27,163 nucleotides of DNA. Source: an uncultured cyanobacterium. GTDB lineage: Bacteria; Cyanobacteriota; Cyanobacteriia; Cyanobacteriales; Cyanobacteriaceae. The stretch spans positions 1 to 27,163 of the forward strand of contig CAVVOP010000015.1 in the NCBI GenBank assembly GCA_963749915.1, in the 5' to 3' direction. Made by a program: the position numbers and the translations under genes. This document shows positions 1 to 9,478 of the stretch, one piece after another. Within the stretch, counting starts at the first letter, position 1, and each line of letters begins with the position of its first letter. The notes below the pieces were generated by a model that worked only from the letters and a program-made list of their open reading frames with translations, searched no databases and was not told the origin of the DNA.

Positions 1-1026
1 GGAAAAGGAATACTACTTGAGTATTTGAACGATGATAGAATTGGAAGAATAATGGATAAACTTTATGAAAAAGGATTATCTTCATTATTTTTAATTATTG
101 CTTTAGCCACAGTAAAAAAATATAATATCAACATAGATTTTTCTCATTTAGATTCAACTTCATAAGACTTTAAAATATCATCATATAACCGAGCTAAAAA
201 ATGGAACAGAAAGTGAGTTAAATAATCACAAGAAAAAATCGAAAAAGAAGGAAGAAAAATCGGGAAAAACTTATCAAGTTACGGCTATTTTGAAATCAGA
301 TTTAACTAAAATAAACGAATCAAAAAAAAGAGCAGGAAGATTTGTGTTAGCTACAAATAGATTGGATAAAAGTAAATTTAATTCTGATAAAATTTTAAGT
401 ATAAAGAGCAACAAGCCGCAGAAAGAGGTTTTAGTTTTCTGAAGAGCTCATCATTTTTTGCTGATAATAAACGTTTTAAAAATCCTGAAAAAAAGTAATC
501 GAAAGATGTCAAGGTCCATGGGTTTATGCCCGTTAAAAGATATTTTAGGGCAAAGAGAAGTACGTCGTTTATTAAAAGAGAAAAAAATCGGAATAAAAAT
601 CAATTAGGAAAATTAACTGAATGTTGATGTGATGATTGATATTTTCATGTTTTCAAGGGGTTCATTAAGTAATAAATAGAGGAAAAGAAGATATAGTAAA
701 TCTGACAAATGAACGAAAATTACATTCAAAGTTTTTTCCCGATTTTTGTCAGAATTATTATATTTTTTCTGGGTAACTTATGGGACTAAAGAGTGAAATA
801 GTGTTAAGAAAAATATCAAAAATAGGGGAAGACAAAATTGATATATTTGTTTTTTATTCATTCTTATTAAAGGTGAAGTTATTGAGAATGAGATTTTAGT
901 TTTCGCAAAGTTCTCGAGACAAAAGGCGAATAAAAACTATATTGAGTATTTTTATGTAGTTTGTTCAAAGGAAGTTGCTCGGTTTCACATTTTTATCATG
1001 ATACTTTGTGACGTGCGGAATGTGGG
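1..1026 (+). mobile_element. Degenerate IS1634-family insertion sequence remnant (internally deleted, multiply frameshifted transposase; probable right end near 1013-1026)
   Basis: Frame 1 reads GKGILLEYLNDDRIGRIMDKLYEKGLSSLF...FSHLDSTS*. Later fragments read KRAGRFVLATNRLD and YKEQQAAERGFSFLK. These are IS1634 transposase motifs with the middle missing. GTGCGGAATGTGGG at 1013-1026 resembles cyanobacterial IS1634 termini (from memory). Confidence 0.8.
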
Positions 1027-1264
1027 TTATCAACATGAGCCAAAAACCGATTTAGATAGAGCCGATAAGTACTCTGGGTATTGGGAGAAAGACCATGTAA
1101 CCATTGAATAATAAGCTCTTCAGTTGTTATCTCATTCTTAGCTGTCGAGTTAGACATAACGTATTCTTATGTGGCACTCAGTTAATTGAACTATTATACT
1201 GCCACGAGATCGATCTAGGAATGATAAATTATGAATGATGAATGATGAATGATGGATTAGAAAA

Positions 1265-1352
1265 AAATACAGTAAAATGTTTTAATGTTTAAACAGAAAT
1301 ACAGTAAAATGTTTTACCGTACAAACAGAAATACAGTAAAAGGTATTTATGT
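1265..1352. promoter_or_regulatory. Centromere/operator-like array of 11 x 8-bp units upstream of parA
   Basis: aaatACAG taaaATGT tttaATGT ttaaACAG aaatACAG taaaATGT tttaCCGT acaaACAG aaatACAG taaaAGGT atttATGT. AAATACAGTAAAA recurs at 1265, 1297 and 1329 (32-bp spacing). Confidence 0.75.
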
Positions 1353-2113
1353 CGGCAAAAGTGATTGCTCTTGCTCAGCAAAAGGGCGGTGTAGGGAAAA
1401 CAACCACTACTATTAATTTAGGAGCTGCTTTAGCAGCATTAAAACGTCGAGTGCTTCTTATAGACCTCGATCCTCAAGGAGCATTATCAGCAGGTTTAGG
1501 AGTAGAACCTTTAGAGTTGGAAACAACTTTATATGATGTACTACGCTCAAGTAAGATTAAGGCTATTAATGTATTACTTGAAACCTCAATTGGTTGTGAT
1601 TTAATTCCTTGTAATATTGATTTAGCTGCTAGTGAGCTGGAACTAGTGAGCGAACCAGGTAGAGAACGGGTACTCAAAGAAAAGATATCTCCTCTTTTAA
1701 AAGAATATGACTATATTTTGATTGATTGCCCTCCTTCTCTTAGTCTTTTGACTCTCAATGCTTTATCGGCAGCAACAGGAATTATCATACCCGTTCAAAC
1801 ACAGTATTTTGCTCTAAGGGGCATGGAATTGCTGTTTAATACTATAGAAAAGGTAAAAAACCGTCTCAACACAGAATTATCTGTTATGGGGATTTTGCCT
1901 ACTTTATATCAGAGTCAAACCCTCCATGCCAAAGAAGTAATTGATGAATTAACCAATACCTATGGCGAGCTGATGTTTTCTACAGCAATTCCGATGACGG
2001 TGAAGTTGCCTGATAGTGTAATGGCAGGAACATCGATTTTAGAATTTCTCCCTCAATCATCAGCAGCAAAAGCCTACAAAAAATTAGCGTTGGAGGTCGA
2101 AAAACGTGGTTAA
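1349..2113 (+). CDS. parA: ParA/Soj-family partition ATPase (short type Ib, no N-terminal HTH)
   Basis: Deviant Walker A QKGGVGKTT, Walker A' IDLDPQ, Walker B ILIDCPP; 254 aa. Confidence 0.95.
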   Translation: MSAKVIALAQQKGGVGKTTTTINLGAALAALKRRVLLIDLDPQGALSAGLGVEPLELETTLYDVLRSSKIKAINVLLETSIGCDLIPCNIDLAASELELVSEPGRERVLKEKISPLLKEYDYILIDCPPSLSLLTLNALSAATGIIIPVQTQYFALRGMELLFNTIEKVKNRLNTELSVMGILPTLYQSQTLHAKEVIDELTNTYGELMFSTAIPMTVKLPDSVMAGTSILEFLPQSSAAKAYKKLALEVEKRG

Positions 2114-2372
2114 AAGAGTTTCATTGAGTCAACGTAAACAGACTAGCACTAAAGGAGTTGATGCTGTAATTCAGTCAACTGATACTAGTAAAAATTTCAA
2201 AAATGAGGATAAAGTCTTAGAAAAAGTAACTCTCTATGTACGTCCTGAACAAGTTATGGCGTTAGAAGAGATTCAACTGGCACAGCGTAAGCTTACAGGT
2301 AAGAAACCTAAAAAGTCTGAGCTGGTGCAAGAGGCATTAGATTTACTGATTAATAAATACAGCAATACATAA
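2106..2372 (+). CDS. Small ParG-like ribbon-helix-helix centromere-binding protein
   Basis: Overlaps the parA stop. A flexible N-terminus is followed by KVTLYVRPEQVMALEEI...KSELVQEALDLLI (strand-helix-helix pattern). Confidence 0.75.
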   Translation: MVKRVSLSQRKQTSTKGVDAVIQSTDTSKNFKNEDKVLEKVTLYVRPEQVMALEEIQLAQRKLTGKKPKKSELVQEALDLLINKYSNT

Positions 2373-2410
2373 ACACAGTATAGCGTAAATACAGTAATAC
2401 ATTTTGCTGT
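2355..2410. promoter_or_regulatory. Second 8-bp-period centromere-like array at the 3' end of the par operon
   Basis: aaatACAG caatACAT aaacACAG tataGCGT aaatACAG taatACAT tttgCTGT; same boxes as at 1265-1352. Confidence 0.7.
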
Positions 2411-2481
2411 ATTTTGGGTTTGAAAAAACTACATTAGCTTTTAAAATCGATCGCTCTATCATAGAAAGAAAACTCTAAATT

Positions 2482-2673
2482 ATGCCTAAAATAGACCAAT
2501 GCGATTATAATGAATTGATTAAATTGCCAGAAGATAAACCAGATAAAGAACGGCAATTATGGCTTTTAAACAATCACCCTGCCTTTACAGGAAGCTGTAG
2601 TAATTGTGGTTATGAATATCCGAGAAATCCTTTATCATGGGATTGTCCAGAGTGTGGTACGAGTTATGACTGA
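2482..2673 (+). CDS. Small zinc-ribbon protein
   Basis: Two CxxC pairs (CSNCG, CPECG). A degenerate paralog lies at 10850-10988. Confidence 0.65.
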   Translation: MPKIDQCDYNELIKLPEDKPDKERQLWLLNNHPAFTGSCSNCGYEYPRNPLSWDCPECGTSYD

Positions 2674-3053
2674 GGAAAAATGATAGTACTGAAGGCGATC
2701 GGAAAGAGCTGCTATACAAAAGCCATAAATACTCCTTTACGGTACACCCTATTTAACCAATATAATTAAGGTTTCGGGGATCGATTTTTAAGATAAATCA
2801 ATTTTTCGAGGTGCCCTCAAGCAGAAAACAAGAAATGGCAATGGCGAAATGCTATTAAACTTGCGGTCTGCTTCGATCCGCACCTTCGGTGAGCGCTTAT
2901 TTTCTTCTAATAGTTATTATCTTTACTCTTGATTATTTTGGTATACCTGAAGATAAACCTATAACTTCAGAATTTTATTTCTAAAATTTAGTCAAGGTAA
3001 GTATTTCAGCCAAGCGCGTATGTTTTCGTTCTGTAGTAACCGAACGATCGCCC

Positions 3054-3314
3054 TTATACTCCGTGATCGCGATTGCCATTTACAGCTGAGACTTCACTGC
3101 TGACCCTGAACGCTAACGCCTTCAAAATCTCGGCTATCTGATCGGAGTCGCCCTGCTGAATCTGTAAAACTATCTCCGCCGAAAAAAAGTTACCACCGCC
3201 CATGACTACCTGCAAACCCGACGAGGAAAGAACTTCCTGCACCAGTTTTACTTTGTCCTCAACGGGAAGCTCGTCAATTTCCTGCTTTAGCTGTTTGATA
3301 TCCACGCCATTCAT
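3054..3314 (-). CDS. Hypothetical protein coupled to the upstream HTH gene
   Basis: 86-aa ORF with an ATGA overlap with 3311..3688. Confidence 0.6.
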   Translation of the reverse strand: MNGVDIKQLKQEIDELPVEDKVKLVQEVLSSSGLQVVMGGGNFFSAEIVLQIQQGDSDQIAEILKALAFRVSSEVSAVNGNRDHGV

Positions 3315-3688
3315 CCTACATTCACTAACTCTTTTTGTTTAGCTTTTCCTAACTCCAACCACCGAGCAGCTAAAGCCGAGAGAATTTCCTCTATATCTTC
3401 GTAATCGGCAGAACCGATCATTTCTGTCCAAGGTATGCGATCGCTCTTTTTTAGCTCTTTTACTTCTATATTGATTGCTAAAGCTTCCTGAAAATATCTC
3501 TGCTGAAATTCAGGTGGCATGGAGCGAATTAACTGAAAAAAGTTACTCGTCCCCAAGTCAATCTTGCCATTGATAAATCGACTAATCTGGCTCTTCTCCA
3601 TTCCAGACATCTGGTGAATTTGTACTCCACTAAACCTGAAATGAGGCAAATTATTAATTTTGTTAAAAATTGTTACTTCTCGAATCAT
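3311..3688 (-). CDS. XRE/Cro-like HTH transcriptional regulator
   Basis: FSGVQIHQMSGMEKSQISRFINGKIDL fits the XRE HTH pattern; divergent from the putative rep gene. Confidence 0.7.
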   Translation of the reverse strand: MIREVTIFNKINNLPHFRFSGVQIHQMSGMEKSQISRFINGKIDLGTSNFFQLIRSMPPEFQQRYFQEALAINIEVKELKKSDRIPWTEMIGSADYEDIEEILSALAARWLELGKAKQKELVNVG

Positions 3689-3866
3689 TTCTCAGGTAAT
3701 TTTATTGGAGATGTGCAATATTGGATATATCCATTAGATCCTCTTCCCATTAGGAGGTTTAAATGGCGAAAAATCCAACGAACATGGTCAAACTGTTCCC
3801 GCAGCTAACCATGCCATCCAATCATCCATTACAGATGAGAGCTCACCATTTTTTTGAGGTATCCTC

Positions 3867-5113
3867 ATGATAACAAATATTCCCATTCCCGTAAGAAGCA
3901 ATAACAAACTACAAGGAGAATTTTATCCTTTACAAAAAGATGAGTTAATTGCTCTACGAAAAGCCAAGCTCATCAACAATACTGCTTTTGTCCACCTAGC
4001 ACTGCGGTATGAAAATCCATTTTGTGACCGTCCAGTAGAAGTTAATCCCAAAGAATTCGCCCTTTCTTGGAATATACCAGAGAGCAGTATTTATAAAGCA
4101 GTCGCTCAACTCAAGAAATTAGGGTTGATTTTGATTAAATCAGGCAAACTGCTGATTGAATGGATCTCCAAATCTGGGCAAACATTATCAGAACCAGCCC
4201 CCATTAATAGTCCTGAAACTGAATTATCAGATCCGAGAATAAATTATCAGATCCGGCAAAAAATTCTCAGATCCGAGAATAAATTATCAGATCCGGCAAA
4301 AAATTCTCAGATCCGAGAAAATCGATCGCCAGAACCATTACCAGAACTTGATTCTAATCTCTCTCAGACTATCCAGACTAATTCAGACTTATCAGATCAA
4401 TCAGAAAGATTGAAAGATGATAGAAAGATGGAAGATATACAAGATATACAAGATATACAAGAAGAGAGAATAACAATTCAAGGCAACGGGGAATGGGGAA
4501 CAGGGAACGGGGAACGGAGAACGGAGAACGGGGAACGGGAACGGGGAACAGTGAAGGGGTGTTGAGAGAAAATACTACTCCCTACTCCCTACTACCTACT
4601 CCCTCAGAAGAAGATGAAAGATTAGAAAATGAGGAGTTTATCAAATATTGTCAGGGCAAATTGCCAAAAGCGAGAGATATTAAGCGATACCTCCTCACTA
4701 ATGATAAAACAACGGGCAATCGCATCCTTGAAAGATTATGGTTAGAGTATCAGCAATGGAAAACAGGAAAGAATAACCCCAACTCCACGGGGTCAGAATA
4801 TTTTGATAACCTCATTGACGAGTACCGAGTTAAAAGCCGAAGCCTAGAACAAATAGCATGGGAGAAAATCTCCTGGAAGGATAAACTACCTTGTTTTGAT
4901 TTATGGTTGACCAGGGCTAAAAATTGCCGTGTTGATTACATCTTTACTGATGATAATAGCTTAGGTTATACCAGAAATTTAAGGACAGTATTTTATCGAT
5001 GGTACGAACAGTATTATGTTAAACAATCAGAAACAACAATACCAGAAAATCCTCAAGCACTAGGTTTGATAAATGCTTTCCGGCAAATTATGGGAGGAGG
5101 TCACTATGCTTAA
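3867..5113 (+). CDS. Putative replication initiator with N-terminal winged HTH, split into 3867..4565 and 4493..5113 by a 1-nt loss in a heptamer tract
   Basis: wHTH-like EFALSWNIPESSIYKAVAQLKKLGLI and internal 20-bp repeats. Unit 4538-4543 of the GGGAACG tract has only 6 nt; restoring one G fuses both ORFs into 415 aa. Confidence 0.55.
4221..4320 (+). repeat. Five tandem 20-bp iteron-like repeats inside the putative rep gene
   Basis: gaattatcagatccgagaat / aaattatcagatccggcaaa / aaattctcagatccgagaat / aaattatcagatccggcaaa / aaattctcagatccgagaaa. Confidence 0.9.
4482..4603. repeat. Heptamer tracts (GGGAACG-type x10, then TACTCCC-type) of the cyanobacterial STRR kind
   Basis: Read directly at 4482-4550 and about 4575-4603. 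Confidence 0.85.
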
Positions 5114-6732
5114 ATCTAAAAATTATCCTGACTTTTCTCTCAATCCTAATAATATTGGAATCGGCGATTGGGTATTTGCCAGGGGGAATGTCGGCAAAGT
5201 AACTGATATTCATGTTAATAACGGCAAGATGTTGCAGTTTTGGGTTAATTGGGATAGTTCTAATGTTCCTAGCCCTGAACTGGCTAACAATCTTCAGAAG
5301 GTTAATAAACCTATGGCGATCTCAGATAGCATTCAGGAAGTATCAGGAAGGATTAAGCTAACTTTACTTACCATTGATGTCAACCTACAGCAGAGGGTAG
5401 AGATTAATAATTCTGTGGTGGATGATTATGCTAATGCTTATTCTGAAGGTACAGAACTTCCTCCTATAACTGTCTGGAGAGAAGAAGGGAGTGGAGAAAG
5501 GGAGAGAGGGAATGAGGGAGTAGTGACAATAATCAATTATTTGATTCTCATAATTCTGAATTCTGCCCACTGCCCACTCCCCGTTATTATTTGGTAGATG
5601 GATTCCACCGTGTAGAAGCGGCGAAACAAGCAGGAATAACTGAATTACCCTTTATCGAGAAATCTGGTACTTATCGAGAGGCTTTATTGTTTTCTCTGAC
5701 TGTTAATGCTACTCATGGACTTCGCCGTAGTAATGCTGATAAACGAAAAGCTGTCATGACTCTACTTGAAGATTCTGAATGGAGTCAGTGGAGTAATTGA
5801 GAAATCGCTAAACAATGTGAGGTTTCGAATAGATTTGTTGCTAAATTACGTCAAACAGACAGAACAGTCTATCTTCGATAATCTGTGTAATCTTGAACAG
5901 ATGACAAATCTTATACAATCGAGAGTAATCGAGAAAATAGCAAGGAGAATGAAAGAACTTATATCACCAAGGAGTAACAGATGATAGGAATTGGTAAAGC
6001 TAAGTCATCAGAATCATTAACATCAGTAGAAGATAATCAGATAATTTCTGAACAACTATCAGAAGATATAGAAGTTACTACATCAAGCTTTGAGGAAAAT
6101 AACCTTATCTATAATGCCCCGGTAGAAATAGATAATGATAATACTGATGCTGAATTAATAGATTCTGCTAATATCAAACCCACTAAAGGAAAACAGAAAA
6201 TAACTAATCCCTTATCCATTGGCGCTAGCGAAGCTGCACCGTAGGTGACCGAGTCAAAGTAAAAGATAATCATTATTTTGGTGGGCGTGAAGGAGTCGTT
6301 ACCCAGATTAGTTCTCCTAGTTCTCTTGTGGTTGCTTTTGATAATGACCAACGAGAGTTAATCCGACTCCAAGATTTAGATTTACCATCATTATCTCAAC
6401 CACAAAAACCTCAGAAGAAAGAAATTCTGATTAAAGAAGGGCTTAATTATAAAGCCGGACAAGGTTGTAAATGGTATGTTGAGGTTGAGGAAGAAGATTA
6501 TCGTCTCTTTCAAGAATATCAAAGACAAGTTAATGCTCCCAGTATTCGCTCCTGTTTAGTCAGAGCTGTAGAGGGGCAAAAACAGGAAAAATCACCGATT
6601 AAAACTGATGATTTACTGATTAATTTAAGTAGTAAAATTAGTTATCTGAATCAAGAACAAAGATTGTTGTTAGCGAAACAATTAATTGAATCAGACCCAG
6701 ATATTTTCAACAAAATCATCAAGGAAAAATAA
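5106..6732 (+). pseudogene. ParB/Srx N-terminal domain protein with HTH and KOW-like segment, fragmented into ORFs 5073, 5591, 5981 and 6328
   Basis: LPPITVW...YYLVDGFHRVEAAKQ...NATHGLRRSNADKRKAV...WSN*EIAKQCEVS (in-frame TGA at 5798-5800). Further frameshifts follow, and IG/DRVKVKDNHYFGGREGVV is interrupted at 6224-6246. Confidence 0.8.
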
Positions 6733-6735
6733 AAT

Positions 6736-6912
6736 ATGGAAGATAACGAAACAGTTTTTGTTACCCAAAAGTTTGATGGTAAACAAATCAAAAATGTTTA
6801 CCATGTACCAGTCAGTCCAGAAATCTACTTTCAACTAGAACTACTGAGAAGACAATTAAACTTCAAAACTCATAGTGAAGTTATTCGCTATTTATTTAGC
6901 TCAGGGGAATGA
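6736..6912 (+). CDS. 58-aa CopG/RHH-like protein (not in the ORF track)
   Basis: MEDNETVFVTQKFDGKQIKNVYHVPVSPEIYFQLELLRRQLNFKTHSEVIRYLFSSGE*; starts 3 nt after the previous stop. Confidence 0.6.
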   Translation: MEDNETVFVTQKFDGKQIKNVYHVPVSPEIYFQLELLRRQLNFKTHSEVIRYLFSSGE

Positions 6913-6938
6913 TTACAAAAAATACTTCAGTATTCTTC

Positions 6939-7652
6939 CTAATCGGCTCGAGCAAAAGTTACGGTATTAACCGAGATCCTGTTATTGTCATTGCCAACCA
7001 CTATATGCCCATAAAGAAAGACCCTAACTAAGCGGTTGGTAGCAGTAGAATCATTGAGGCAAAAGCGAAAACCACCTTTAGTATTATCGTCCCCATAAAC
7101 TGTAGTTTCACCCGTCCAGTTAACCGAACCTTGATTACAAACTGGATTAGGATCTGCTTCATTAACACTGCCTAATAATCCATCAGCAATCACGGTATAT
7201 TCCTTTTCCCAAGCATTGGCTTGTCCTGTTTCTAAGACCGCATTTCCGGTATCATCAAAGGCTTGCCGCTTCAGGATACCCGGTTTTAACCAGATCTGAG
7301 AGCCGCTAGTAATATCTTGATAGCCATAATAAACTGTCGAACCATCGGGATAGGTCAGAACTAAACACTCATCCGAGTCAACCTCTGCTGAAGGACAATT
7401 AGTACTTCCGGCTGCTTCTGAAGTAATAGAACTCGCCTCTTTGATCTCCTCTACTATATAGCTTGATGCCCAACTAACAGTACTACTGAGAACAGTTTTA
7501 GATTCAACCTCTTTATTCACCCGTAAGAGATTGATAAAACCACTCGTCGCCGCTGTTAAGACAATGCCAGTCATAACCAAAGCCACTAATAATTCTGTTA
7601 AAGATAAGCCGCTTTCTCTATTGCTCAGTATTCTGTAATATAACTTTTTCAT
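6939..7652 (-). CDS. Type IV pilin-like protein with prepilin cleavage/methylation signal
   Basis: ESG|LSLTELLVALVMTGIV has G at -1, E at +5 and a hydrophobic helix; two Cys pairs downstream. Confidence 0.9.
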   Translation of the reverse strand: MKKLYYRILSNRESGLSLTELLVALVMTGIVLTAATSGFINLLRVNKEVESKTVLSSTVSWASSYIVEEIKEASSITSEAAGSTNCPSAEVDSDECLVLTYPDGSTVYYGYQDITSGSQIWLKPGILKRQAFDDTGNAVLETGQANAWEKEYTVIADGLLGSVNEADPNPVCNQGSVNWTGETTVYGDDNTKGGFRFCLNDSTATNRLVRVFLYGHIVVGNDNNRISVNTVTFARAD

Positions 7653-7935
7653 AATTAATGATTCGTGACTCGATAATGGGGTTTTTTGCCGTTTAAACCA
7701 GTAATAATATCTTTCATTATCATTAATATTTTAGTTATAATTATTATAATAATCTTTCTACAAAAAAGAAAATTATTGCTGTTTATTATGAGGCTAAAAT
7801 ATCATTAGATAATGATTATACAACATCTATTCTAACTGATATTAATAAGCCTTTTTTTTTTATTTCTAGTTATTTATTTACAGATGATTTAGAAGATATA
7901 AAAACCATTGATTTACCGTCTAAAAGTTATAGTAG

Positions 7936-8086
7936 ATAAGAAAATAATCGTACTATCAAATCATCATTGATGCAGAAGCGCACCCGGCGAAACAAGGGTT
8001 CTTGTCAGAGGGGTAAGAGAAAAGCTGATGGCTGAAATCCATTCTAAATAATAAGAAAATAATCATACTATTAAATCATCATTGAT
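7936..8086 (+). repeat. 36-bp direct repeat pair (7936-7971, 8051-8086; 2 mismatches) enclosing 79 bp
   Basis: ataagaaaataatcgtactatcaaatcatcattgat versus ataagaaaataatcatactattaaatcatcattgat. Confidence 0.85.
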
Positions 8087-8090
8087 CTCC

Positions 8091-8792
8091 CTATAGTTTC
8101 TTCCTCGCTCCTGAAACTTTACCTAACTGCCTTAAAGTCATTCCTGCCACAAGTGTGACACCACCAAAGATATAAAGTGACTTATTACCTGTTCCCAGAC
8201 CAACAAATCTGACAATTCCAAAACCCATCAGAATAGCAATTATTATCGGCATAATCACCACATATTGTGTATGCTGAGGATTCTGTTTGTTTAAACCCAG
8301 ATACTCATTCTGAATAGCCTTCCTTGCAAGCATAGGATTTTTCCCTACATAACTTTGCAACTCAGCTAATTTACGATCGCTCACTTGCAACCCCAACCTC
8401 TGGGCTTCATCCTTCATTATTTCCCTAATCTGTTTATCTTTCGGTAAATCTAACTCCAGCTCCAGCATTTCTAGGAAAATATCTTTACAAGGATTATTAT
8501 TAGCTACAGCACAAATAGTTACTCCAATATTCATCAAATCCTCCAACCAATATCTAATTGACGTTGGTAAACGATTAGCAAAAGGAATAATTATCGTAGT
8601 ATCCTCATCACATGACTCAGCGATCGCCTCCTTCAATTCATCCACAGTAAGTCGTCGCTCACCAGTACAATCACCCTTATTGTTAAATTTAGGTTCTGTG
8701 GTATCAATGCTTAAATCAAAAGCTACCTTCTCAATAAACTTTTTAGCACTGCCTTTATAGGTGGCGATGGCACAGGAGTAACAATCAGCCAA
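8091..8792 (-). CDS. Membrane-anchored ATPase-like protein with degenerate P-loop; frame stays open upstream to at least about 8905
   Basis: The upstream in-frame extension reads NRTSLLIIAETGSTEY (Walker-A-like but lacking GKT). Two C-terminal hydrophobic helices. Confidence 0.5.
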   Translation of the reverse strand: MADCYSCAIATYKGSAKKFIEKVAFDLSIDTTEPKFNNKGDCTGERRLTVDELKEAIAESCDEDTTIIIPFANRLPTSIRYWLEDLMNIGVTICAVANNNPCKDIFLEMLELELDLPKDKQIREIMKDEAQRLGLQVSDRKLAELQSYVGKNPMLARKAIQNEYLGLNKQNPQHTQYVVIMPIIIAILMGFGIVRFVGLGTGNKSLYIFGGVTLVAGMTLRQLGKVSGARKKL

Positions 8793-8902
8793 AGAACAGA
8801 ATAAATATTCTGGTAAGTATTCAGTACTTCCCGTTTCCGCAATTATCAGTAAACTTGTTCTGTTCTTAAGGATGTTAACTATCTTGTTTAGCTGCTCATC
8901 AT

Positions 8903-9478
8903 TTAAGCTAAGTTTTGACGATAACTCATCAAGATTGAATCCGCCACCTCCGACGGCGTAAACTTTGGGTTACTTGCTTCCCTCGCATCCTCAATCTTTT
9001 CCTGTAAATCTTCTGGTAATTCACTTTCATCTAACTTGTCAGCGATCGCCCTGACAACTAAATGAGGCATAGCAATTTCACGAGCCTTTAGTTCAGCACC
9101 CTTACGAACAATATTATCTAAATCCATATTCTCCTTGGGATCTTCAGGAGTAACATAAATTTCTTGGTTACTTATTTCTCCTTTTTTATTACTAGTAATA
9201 GTTTCTTCTTCTACAGTTACTAATTCACCCTCATTTAAGTCTTGAAAACCTGTTCTTCTTCCCTTCTCATCTACGTGTTTTCTTAATAATAAAATTCTCT
9301 CAAAATCTCGATTAGTAATCCATGATAAATTATCATCATCTTTAATTGTTTTTATTTGTAAAAAATCCATATCTTTATAAATAGTTGGAATTTTTATGCC
9401 GAGAAGTGATTCTAGATCTGTGGTTCTTTTATGTGTTTCTACACTTACTTCTACACCTACTTCTACACTTTTTTGCAC
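8903..9478 (-). CDS. Putative HTH DNA-binding protein; likely true ATG at 9506 is offset by one extra base in a T9 run
   Basis: TTDLESLLGIKIPTIYKDMDFL is HTH-like. 12-bp ACTTCTACACYT-type repeats at about 9436-9470 encode VEVGVEVSVE. Confidence 0.5.
   Translation of the reverse strand: MQKSVEVGVEVSVETHKRTTDLESLLGIKIPTIYKDMDFLQIKTIKDDDNLSWITNRDFERILLLRKHVDEKGRRTGFQDLNEGELVTVEEETITSNKKGEISNQEIYVTPEDPKENMDLDNIVRKGAELKAREIAMPHLVVRAIADKLDESELPEDLQEKIEDAREASNPKFTPSEVADSILMSYRQNLA

Noticed and set aside
1028..1113. Short coding-like fragment (YQHEPKTDLDRADKYSGYWEKDHVTIE*) after the IS end
   Set aside because: Could be the 3' end of a gene cut by the IS, but too short to identify.
1474..1677. Shadow ORFs (also 3614, 5385, 5766, 6109, 9385, 15335, 17081, 18994, 19001, 20670, 20903, 23244, 26630)
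   Set aside because: They overlap better-supported genes or IRs in other frames and have no recognisable motifs.
4221..4320. Possible CRISPR array
   Set aside because: Contiguous 20-bp tandem units with no unique spacers.
7936..8086. Mini-CRISPR (36-bp repeats)
   Set aside because: Only two AT-rich non-palindromic copies, a 79-bp interval, and no cas genes in the window.
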